Below the pieces are notes generated by a model. That model was not told the origin of the DNA and made no database searches. It worked only from the letters and a program-made list of their open reading frames with translations. A DNA stretch of 64,000 bases from Octopus vulgaris (Eukaryota), in contig OX597825.1 in assembly GCA_951406725.2 (NCBI GenBank), positions 31,744,001-31,808,000 on the forward strand. The letters run 5' to 3'. The translations under genes were made by a program, and so were the position numbers. Shown in pieces: positions 53,566-64,000 of this stretch; position 1 is the first letter of the stretch; each line of letters starts with the position of its first letter.

Positions 53566-54295
53566 CACTACATTTCATTCTTCTTAGATCCAGTTTTCCT
53601 CTCAGCTTACTTATGCCATGTCCCTCGTCTTTACCAACATTTCTCATCCAGTAGAGTATGCTTTCTTCATTACTTTCCAACTTCCATACTTCCTCTGCAT
53701 CCATTACTAACATCTCATTACAATGGGAACACAAGGGTCATACAAGTGTCATCTCTTCATTCAGGGGCTGAATCCCCTCGTTGCCAGCAAAGGTAATAAT
53801 TCTCTGAATTATTTCCATCCTGTTCTTAGTCTAACTACTATGCCTTCAGAATGCTTTACTCCATTGCTTGTTATGTTACCTTGGTAACAGAAGCTGTCTA
53901 TTTCTCTACTGCCTTCTGAATATTGCAATTAACTATTTTACTGATGCTCTGGCTGCTAACTTCTCTTGTGCTTTTACCACAGGCAAAATCCATATTCCTT
54001 GTTGGTCTACCTTTGATCCCACCACACCTCTAGTGTACCAACAGTTTAGATTGAAAACACCATAAGAAATTTCTCCCAAATTAATTTCTGCATATTATAC
54101 ACAGCCATCTCCCTCATGGCATCTGAGTCACGTTTTTTCCCCCTACTTACTAAAGCTTTAGTCTTTGCTAAGTTTACTTTGCTTAGACTTTTTGATTCAG
54201 GTTTTGTTTCCATATCAGGAACTTCTCTAATTTCTCCGCATTCTCTGTGAGAAGGTCAAGGTCATCAGCCTATAGGAGTTTCCTCTTCTCAAGTT
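53340..54295 (-). mobile_element. Highly decayed RTE-type LINE fragment
   Basis: KLL*ADDLDL (RT YADD region) near 54255-54285; the rest is degraded. Confidence 0.45.
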
Positions 54296-54380
54296 CTACT
54301 AATACTGATACAGGAGACTCGTCATGTTTTATATGTACCATTTTTGGCTATTTTCACTTCATTTTAATTTACATTACAGA

Positions 54381-54484
54381 TTCATCATCATCATCATCAC
54401 CACCATCACCATCACCATCACCAACACCACCACTACCATCACCATCACCATTATCATCACCATCATCATCACCATCACCATCAC

Positions 54485-54525
<41 letters not shown>

Positions 54526-54710
54526 CCATCACCACCACCACCGTCACCACCACCACCATCACCATCACCACCACCACCACCGTCACCACCACCACCATCA
54601 CCACCACCACCACCACCATCACCATCATCATCACTATCATCATCACCATCACCATCATCATCACCATCATCATCATCGTCGTCATCATCATCATCATCAT
54701 CATCATCATT
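54381..54710. repeat. (CAT/CAC)n microsatellite
   Basis: Read directly. Confidence 0.97.
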
Positions 54711-54951
54711 ATGGCAACAAGCTGACTGAATCATTAGCACACTGGATAAAATTCCTCACATTTCATCTGTCTTTTATGTCCAGAGTTCAAATCCCACTGA
54801 AATCAAATTTGCCTTTCCTCCTTTCAGGGTTAGCAAAATGAGTACCAGTTGAACACTGGGGTCGATGTAATCGACTTCCCCACCACTCAGATTTACTGGC
54901 CTTGCACCAAAATAAGAAAAGATTATCATTATTTATCATCATCACCATCAC

Positions 54952-54983
<32 letters not shown>

Positions 54984-55310
54984 ATCAATTACTGTTCATT
55001 TTCCATGCTGTCATGGGCTGGATAGCCAAACAGGAGCTGGACAGCTGGAGAGCTGCACCAAGCTCCGATTGTCTGTTTTGGGCATTGTTTCTATGGCTGG
55101 ATGCCCATCCTAACATCAACAACTTTACAGAGTGTGCTGGGTGCTTTTTTTACATGACACCATCCCCAGTGCTTTTTACGAGACACCAGCAACCACACCA
55201 ATGCTTTTTACATGGCACCTTGGTTTAAGATATCAATTCTGTTGTGATGTTTGGGTCTTCTTAAGTATAGTAATGTGCTACATATTTCAGTCTTTGCCAT
55301 GCCCTTCATT

Positions 55311-55387
<77 letters not shown>

Positions 55388-57099
55388 ATATTGATGTATC
55401 ACTGAAAGCAGTGGACTGGTAGAAGCATTAGACCATTAGACAAAATGGTTGCAGTATTTTGTTATGTGTCTTTTACCTGTTTCAGTCATTTGACTGTGAC
55501 CATGCTGGAGCACTGCCTTTAGTCGAGCAAATTGACCCCAGGACTTATTCTTTGTAAGCCTAGTACTTATTCTATCAGTCTCTTTTGCCAAACCGCTAAG
55601 TTACGGGGACGTAAACACACCAGCATCGGTTGTCAAGCGATGTTGTGGGGACAAACACAGACACATAAACACACACATATATATATATACATATACATAT
55701 ATACGATGGGCTTCTTTCAGTTTCCATCTACCAAATCCAGTCACGAGGCTTTGGTTGACCTGAGGCTATAGTATAAGACACTTGCCCAAGGTGCCATGCA
55801 GTGTGACTGAACCCGGAACCATGTGGCTGGTAAGCAAGCTACATACCACACAGCCACTCCTGAGTTTAAATTTTGCCAAGTTCAACTTTGGATTGTATCA
55901 TTCCAGAGTCAATAAAATGAAGCACCAGTTCGTCATTATCATCGCCATTGTCATCATCATCACCATCATTATCATTGTTGTTGTCATCGTCATCATCGTT
56001 GTCGTCGTCATTGTCATTGTCATCCACATCATCATCATCATCATCATCATCATCATAATCATCACCTCATCACCATTGTCACCGTTGTCATCATCATTAT
56101 CGTCAGCATCGTCATTGTCATCAACATCATCATCATCATCTTCATCACTTCACTTCCCCTTTTTGTATTGGCACAGGCTGAATGGTCCAGAAGGACTCCA
56201 CAGTTTAGAGGGACATATCTTGTTCTTGTGCCTCAAGCGTGACATGGTTTCCATTGCTGAATACCCTTCACAACACCAGCCACTTTACAAAATGAGAATA
56301 TTTTCCATGGCACCAGCACTAGTAAGGTTGCCATAGAACCAGCCAAACTCTAGAAAATAGCCTCTTCGACTGAAAGGGAGGGAGATGGCTTTATACTAGC
56401 TTCTGAAAGGGACAGGAAGAAGTTTGTTGTTTATAGAGGAAATATATGGTTACCATGCATTATATAAGGGTGAGTGGGATAGCATTTGCAAGAGGCATGA
56501 AGGGTCTCACATTCCTGGTATTCTACATTCCACTGCCTTGAATTAAAGAAGAGATGATCAACCAAAGAGGGATACTTCTGGTGATGAAAGGTCATAAAAA
56601 TTGGCTATTTTACTCACATGGTATCTCTCAAAATGAAAAGAAATAAGCACAAAAGAAAACAACAACAACAATCATAATAATAATAATAAATAACAACAAC
56701 AACAACAGCAACAACAATAATAATCCATTCTACACTAGGCACAAGGCCTGAAATTTTGGGGGAAGTTGAGGTTGTCAATTACATCAACCCCAATGTGCAA
56801 CTGGTACTCACCTCATCAGCCTTGAAAGAATAAAGAGTAAAGTTGATCATTGTGGAATTTGAGCTTAGAGCTTAAAGTGTCTGAAGAATTGCTGCAAAGC
56901 ATTTTGTCCAGCAGGGTAACGATTCTGCCTGGTCATTGCCTTCATCATAAGAATGGTTTCAAATTTTGGCACAGGGCCACCAGTTTTCAAGAGGAGGAGG
57001 AATTTGATTACAATGACCTCGATACGTAACGGGAACATATTTTAATGACCTCAAAAGAATGAAAGGCAAAGTTTACCTTATCAGAATCGTCTTGATGTT

Positions 57100-57100
57100 A

Positions 57101-57152
<52 letters not shown>

Positions 57153-57314
57153 CGATGATGACGACGACGACGACGACGATGATGATGATGATGATGATGA
57201 TGGTGATGGTGATGATGATGATGGTGGTGGTGGTGGTGGTGATGGTGGTGGTGGGGATGATGATGACAATGACGATGACGATGATGATGATGATGATGGT
57301 GTGGTGGTGGTGGT
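57100..57314. repeat. (GAT/GAC/GGT)n microsatellite
   Basis: Read directly. Confidence 0.97.
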
Positions 57315-59473
57315 TTCAAATTTTTCCACAAGGGCAGCAATTTTGGGGGAGGGGATGTGTCATTTACATGGCCTCCAGTATTCAACAGGTACTTATTTTA
57401 TCAACCCCGAGAAGATGAAAGGTAAAGTCAACTTCGGTGGAATTTGAATATAATAATAATGATGATGATGATGATGACGATGATGATGATGATGAAGAAG
57501 AAAGTAAATCCAGTACTTCTGAATGCTGCTGAGTACCAACAAGAAATCCCCCCCCCCAACTTACACCCACTGCCCTACTAAAAAAGAAAAACCACAAACA
57601 ACAACAAAAAAAAAACAATTGGTAATCTGAGAAAGAGAGTGGTGCTGGTTTGGGTGAGAGGGGAGAAGATTTTTCTCTCCAAACAGCTGCTGTAAGAATA
57701 GATAATATAATACCACAGTCTGTAATTATTGATGGTACTGAAATTAGTAGCATATTTCTTAGACTCACTATTTTTAGTTGATGCATATTCATGCAACTAT
57801 TTGCCCTTCCCATGTTCCAGTAAATATTCTTTTTTCAATTTTTTCTATTTGTTTTTTGTTTGTTTGTTTTTTTCTGCAAGTTCTTGCAGCCACGTGCTTT
57901 CCCAGATACTAGTGCTGCTACTTTATAAAGGGTGTTTCCCCATTAGTCACAATTTCACAACGCATTAGGTACAATAAATAGCTTCGCTATTGCAAGCTGT
58001 GAGTTTACTGAACCAGTGATGTAGCTTCTGCATAGTTGTTCAACCTGTTTAACATAGCAATGGAATTTCCTTCACCAAACACCCTCCTCTTCTATCTTTA
58101 AAGTAAAGAGAGACTGCATGACCTAGTAAGAGAGATTCTCTGTAGTTACTTGACCCTTTTCAATGTGATACCAGAATCTTTGGTTATCAATTCCCTGAGG
58201 TTTTCAAAACAGGAACTCTACAAGCCAATCAAAGAGCTCCAATGTGAATAACTTTATTTGCAAAATGTTTCAGACACCTCATCTCACTTGTATTTACTTT
58301 AAGGACACCAAAAATGATGAAAATCAAAGTTAACTTGAGTCAGATTCAAACCCAGCATGTAAAGTTCATTCATTTGTCACATTTTTAAAGCCATTTAAAA
58401 ATTTTTTTATTATCATGGTGTTATGAATTGGTTGATGCTTACTCTTTTTACTTTTTTACTTGTTACAGTCATTTGACTGCGGCCATGCTGGAGCACCGCC
58501 TTTAGTCGAGCAAATCGACCCCAGGACTTATTCTCTGTAAGCCTAGTACTTATTCTATCGGTCTCTTTTGCCAAACTGCTAAGTTACGGGGATGCAAACA
58601 CACCAGCATCAGTTGTCAAGCGATGTTGGTGGGGACATACATATATATATACATATACACAAAAGGCTTCTTTAATTTTCCTTCTACCAAATCCACTCAC
58701 AAGGCTTTGGTCGGCCCAAGGCTACAGTAGAAGATACATTCCCAAAGTGCCACACAGTGGGACTGAACCCGGAACTATGTGGTAGGTAAGCAAGCTACTT
58801 ACCACACAGCCACTTCTGTGCCTTAATCCTGTTTCTTAATCTTTCTATTGCCATCTTTTATTAAAGAAGGCAGAAAGCAGGCAGAATCATCACCACACAT
58901 GACAAAAAGTCTAGCAACATTTCATCTGGCCTTCAAATTCTGTTTCAAATTCTGCAGAGGTCAGTTTTGCCTTTTATCTTTTCAGAGTCAATAAAATAAA
59001 TACCAGTTAAATACTGGGGCTGATGTAACTAACTTATCCCCTCCCCTTAAATTTCTGGCCTTGTGCCAAAATTTGGAATCATATTTTCATTGAAGTATAT
59101 TGTATGTATGTGTGTGTGTGTGTCTTTGTGTTTGTTTCCCACCCCAACTGCTTGACAACCAGTGTTGAGTTGTTTAAAATATGTTCTTGGGTTGATTCAT
59201 TCAGCTAAAACCTTTCAAGATGGTGCCTCAAAGAAATCGTTGTCATGGCTGATGCCAGTGTTGCCTACTAGCACCCATGCCGGTGGCACGTAAAAAGCAG
59301 CCAATATATGCTCAGAATGGATAGCGTTAGGAAAAGCATCCAGCTGTAGAAACCTTGCCAGATCAGATTGGAGCCTGGTGCAGCCCCTGGCTTGCCAGTC
59401 CTCAGTCAAACTATCCCACCTATGCCAACATGGGAAGCAGACATTTAACAATGATGAAGATGATGATATATAC

Positions 59474-59507
<34 letters not shown>

Positions 59508-59516
<9 letters not shown>

Positions 59517-59644
59517 GGATTAATCAACAAGCTGCTTAACTACATACCGAAAATTTAAAATAGCAGCCAAAGACAGCTTATTGGCTGCTATTTCTAAATT
59601 TTCGGTATGTGATTAAGCAACTTGTTGATTAACCCTTAATTATA
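59508..59644. repeat. Imperfect hairpin (~63-bp arms, 10-nt loop) homologous to 51439-51631
   Basis: cataccgaaaatttaaaatagcagccaa vs cataccgaaaaattagaaatagcagtcaa. Confidence 0.85.
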
Positions 59645-59749
59645 TTTATATATAAAAAGACTTTTTGTAAAAGTTCCTACTGATAATGGTTCTCTTTACA
59701 TAAAGTACTTGGTAAAAATTTATTAATATTAAATTTATAATTATTTACC

Positions 59750-60120
59750 CTTGTGTGCCGGTGGCACGTAAGAGAACCATCCAAACTCGGTCGTTGCCAG
59801 CGCCACCCCGACTGGCCTCCGTGCCAGTGGCACATAAAAAGCACCATCCAATTGTGGCTGTTGCCAGCCTCATCTGGCCTCCGTGCCGGTGGCACGTAAA
59901 AAGCAACATCCGATCGTGGCCGTTTGCCAGCCTTGTCTGGCACATAAAAAGCACCCACTACACTCACGGAGTGGTTGGCGTTAGGAAGGGCATCCAGCTG
60001 TAGAAACACTGCCAGATCAGACTGGGCCTGGTGCAGCCTTCTGGCTTCCCAGACCCCAGTTGAACCGTCCAACCTATGCTAGCATGGAAAGCAGACATTA
60101 AACGATGATGATGATGATGA
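59750..60120 (+). mobile_element. RTE LINE 3' UTR with tandem ~62-65-bp hairpin units and (GAT)n tail
   Basis: Repeated gtgccggtggcacgtaaaaagcac units followed by the common tail. Confidence 0.8.
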
Positions 60121-60150
60121 TATATATATATATATATAAATATATGTATA

Positions 60151-60200
<50 letters not shown>

Positions 60201-62062
60201 CATGTGTGTGTGTAAATGTCAAACGATGGAAATCAGTGCTCAACGTGATATTGACGGATAGAATTTCTTTATTTGTTAATTAAGGCTACCATAGGTTTCA
60301 TGTTAAAAAGAAAAGAAAAGTATCTTAATATCTTAACAATTTTTCAAGTCAATCACATGGAGGAATGGTGTTCATTTCCATTTTGCATACACTTATGTAA
60401 GTATTTGTGTGTGCACATGTGTATACATGTCTGAAACAAACATTATATAAATTCATATCTAGTTCAGCGGCTGTCGGAGTGTTTAACATAAATCATTTAG
60501 CTGTTGAAGGAAATCACATGTTGATGTAATGTCTCTTATTTTTTGATGGTATTCAAACAATAACATTTGTTTTACGCCTAATTCCAGGAAATACACATCA
60601 AATATATTACAAAGAGCTTCATACTATTCCACAATTCTCTCTCTTTAAAAAACAAATACTCATATTCTGACTATACACCTACATACATTCTCTTTTATAC
60701 ACACTCATACACACACACACACGTCCACATAAATTATCATTGTAGTTGATGTCATTGTCATCGTTGTTGTTGTTGTCATCGTTATCATCATCATCATCAT
60801 CATCGTTATCATCATCGTTATCATCATCATCATCATCACCATCATCATCATTATCACCTCTGTCGATGCTATTGTTATCATTGTCATGATAGTCATTATC
60901 ATCCTCATCATCATCCTCACCACAGTCAATGCTGTTATGAACATCACCAGCATCATCATAATCACAATGTTGATGCTGTAGCAATCATCATCATCATCAT
61001 CACCACTGCCGTCGTCATCCTCATCATCATTGTACTGTCATGAGGTCTGCTCGCTGCCTGAGTTGAACTGGTCAACGAAAATATACTTTAGAAGTCTGCA
61101 TCACCATTGCTGAAGAGGATGGCTTTATTAACATTGTGTGATGTACATGAAGACTGAGGGGATCGTTGTTAGTTGTGAGAATATTAACTGGAGCAAACTT
61201 AGAAACATTAAACTTGATATTTATTGCCGGACATAATGATATTTGGTTTTGGCTATTAACAATGAACAATATTCATAATTGCCAAATGGAAGGAGAAAAT
61301 AAATCTGTTCTGAAAATTGAGAAAGCTATTTGCGTGACTGCATGTTGTCAATCCAAAAGAACCCCAAAGTCATCTGTGCAAATCAAACCAGGGATGAGCT
61401 GAATTGCCAGTTTACGGCTATATATAAGAACTATTTGCTGGTATGCCATGGCAATGCATATGTAAGATTCTACAGTAATGCATACATAAAATTAAATATA
61501 GTCATAGACTATTCGGGTATGAGATGTTGATAAGTCACAAAGATGGCAAAATACTGGTATCCATCACACCTGAATTCGATTGGGGGTGTCTATGACTTTC
61601 AGGTGTTTTAGCACCCAGCATAGTAAGGGAGTCATCCCCCAGGCACTAACCACTGCAAATGAAACACATACATTGAGTAAGTGCAGTCAATAATCATCAT
61701 CATTTAACATCCGTTGTCCATGCTGGCATGGGTTGGAAGGTTTGACCAAGGCTGGCAAGTTGGAAGGCTGCACCAGACTCCAGTCTGATTTAGCATGGTT
61801 TCTATGACTGGATGCTCTTTCTAACGTCAACCACTCTGAGAGTGTGGTGGGTTCTATTATGTGCCATCAGCATGGGTGCCATTTGTGCGACACCAGTATC
61901 TGCCATGATATATACACATATATGTCTTATTATTTGATGGTATTCAAACAATAACTCTTGTTTTATGTCTACTTCCAGGGGATAAACATCAAATATATTC
62001 CAAAGAACTTCATCCTATTCCACAATTTTCTATCTTTAAATATATATATATATTTATATATA

Positions 62063-62120
<58 letters not shown>

Positions 62121-62180
62121 TGTGTAGTAGTTATGGCAAATTTAAGTGTTTCTCTATAGATTAAAAAAATTGGCAAACTG

Positions 62181-62223
62181 CTTTAATTAATTTTCAACCC
62201 TTACAGGGGTCTCATCAGGGTTG
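62181..62223 (-). ncRNA. Degenerate hammerhead-like motif
   Basis: CUGAUGA-GACCC(6 nt)GGGUU-GAAA-AUUAAU-UA; helix I 3' strand does not pair. Confidence 0.5.
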
Positions 62224-62433
62224 TCTACATTATTTCACCAACACCAGAGAAATAAGCAGCTAATCCATTTATATACTCAACAAATCCATCAACTTCAGAG
62301 AACTGGTCCAACTGATTTGCATACCATATGCATGTGTGTTTGCGTTTGTGTGTGTGTATATATAAATCAATGTTGATTCACCAGAAGTGATATGTATGTA
62401 TACATATAGATATATGTATAGATTATATCAGTA

Positions 62434-62745
62434 CTAGCTGGCCCCATGCTGTCAAAAATGATGGCTAACTGTAGTATTTTATATATAATTAAGGTACAAA
62501 ACCAAGTTTTTACTTTAGTAATTCTTTCATTACCAAATTTTTTTGTGAAAAATCTATCTGCAACTAACATTCCTTGACTGTTTGTTTCCTTCAAAAGAAT
62601 TTTAAAGTTTTCCTTCCTTCTTGTACGACTTAAGGCCACATAAAGCTGGCCGTGACTAAATACATGAGTTGGCAAGTAAATACCAACTTTTTTCAAATCC
62701 CTATCCTTGCAATTTGTTTATGGCCATGGCAAAAGCTGGTATCAC
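62434..62745 (-). mobile_element. Helitron 3' fragment (PIF1-like helicase C-terminus, CTAG end)
   Basis: PAFAMAINKLQG*...KVGIYLPTHVFSHGQLYVALSR; ends CTAG|T on the minus strand. Confidence 0.85.
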
Positions 62746-62949
62746 AGTTATGTCAATGTTATCTAGTGGTTGTCTTTTGAGATGTGACATTAATCATCAT
62801 TTGTTACTGAAAGAACGTTGGTTCACACATACAAACATTCACATATTTCCCTTGTACACGCACAGACATACATACATATACTCACACAGAGCTGAAACGT
62901 TGTTTGATCTTTCTTTTCAACATTGAATATTCATGATCCCACTTCCATT

Positions 62950-62990
<41 letters not shown>

Positions 62991-63071
62991 CATTTACATG
63001 CCTCTCTTTTACATACACACATATACTCATGCAGAGTTGAAACACTGTTTGATTTCTTTTCCACTGTAGAA

Positions 63072-63298
63072 TTTCTTATTTCTTTATTGCCCACAAGGGG
63101 CTAAAAATAGAGGGACAAACAAAGGGATTAAGTCGATTACATCGACCCCAGTGTGTAACTGGTACTTATTTAATCGACCCCGAAAGGATGAAAGGCAAAG
63201 TCAACCTTGGCAGAATTTGAACTCAGAACATAACGGCAGACGAAATACCGCTAAGCATTTCGCCCGGTATGCTAACAATTCTACCAGGTTGCCGCCTT
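63072..63298 (-). mobile_element. Meta-domain-like SINE
   Basis: Homologous to 10636-10860. Confidence 0.88.
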
Positions 63299-63677
63299 TC
63301 CACTATAGAATTTCCATCATCCCACTACCAGTTTGCCATCACCCCTTCCTTCTTTTTTCATCTATAACCCCTTCCTTTCTCATTCATATGTTGCGACAGA
63401 GAAAACTCAAGAGTATTATTATAGTAGATGTTCATATTTTTATGCCGTTGGTCATTCTGTTTCAGTTTTTATTCAAAGGTAACGCCCCCCACCACTAGAA
63501 TATTGACCTTCCCTGTTTCCCACATACAACTCAGTTCTAGAATAGGTACATAACAACAGTGTATGTTGTAAGAGGTAACTACTAAGCTTGCTGACATCAT
63601 GGGTATCCAGCTGTAAAACATGGCCTCTGGAAACTTATCCAGACTTTGCTGGCATGGAAAAATCAGGCATAAAAACA

Positions 63678-63768
63678 ATGATGATGATGGTAATGACGAT
63701 GATGATGAGGATGGTGGTGGTGGTGGTGGTGATGGTGGTGATTATGATGATGGTGATGATGATGATGG

Positions 63769-63815
<47 letters not shown>
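63678..63815. repeat. (GAT/GGT)n microsatellite extending an RTE tail
   Basis: Read directly. Confidence 0.95.
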
Positions 63816-63817
<2 letters not shown>

Positions 63818-63954
63818 CCATGTTCTTCCTTGATGCTCTTCTGCATTTGTTTCTTTAACCCAGTTTTCTCAGCTGACCTTTCACATAATTAATGAAACTT
63901 CCAAAATTTCTCTCTAATTCTCTTGGAATTATACTATTTAATAAAATATATTGC

Positions 63955-63986
<32 letters not shown>

Positions 63987-64000
63987 CCTCCCTCCCTTTG

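Noticed and set aside
59750-59960. CRISPR-like repeat-spacer array
   Set aside because: Eukaryotic context, no cas genes, spacers resemble each other and the block is part of an RTE 3' UTR.

Overview
AT-rich, repeat-dominated animal genomic DNA; the SINE, RTE and microsatellite content suggests a cephalopod (Octopus-like) genome (inference). Most ORFs in the track are microsatellite translations. Real content: a ~4.9 kb Penelope-like retroelement (PLE; RT + C-terminal GIY-YIG, ~1 kb inverted pseudo-LTR), an integrase-only Mag-type Gypsy element with both LTRs, PBS, PPT and TSD, several Tc1/mariner remnants, RTE and R4/Dong LINE fragments, a Helitron 3' end, many tRNA-derived SINEs, a decayed 18S rRNA fragment and a few candidate host exons. 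The most notable signal is a set of short non-coding fold-back insertions (37.5, 51.4, 51.7, 53.0 and 59.5 kb) that repeat the PLE layout: an inverted copy of the 3' end, an unduplicated tail and often a minimal hammerhead-ribozyme-like motif. One (37547-38016, 12-bp TSD) is a tRNA-headed SINE-like element with a hammerhead/PLE-type 3' end, i.e. a candidate Penelope-mobilised SINE, with a second, older copy at ~8.4 kb. All alignments and RNA folds were done by eye.
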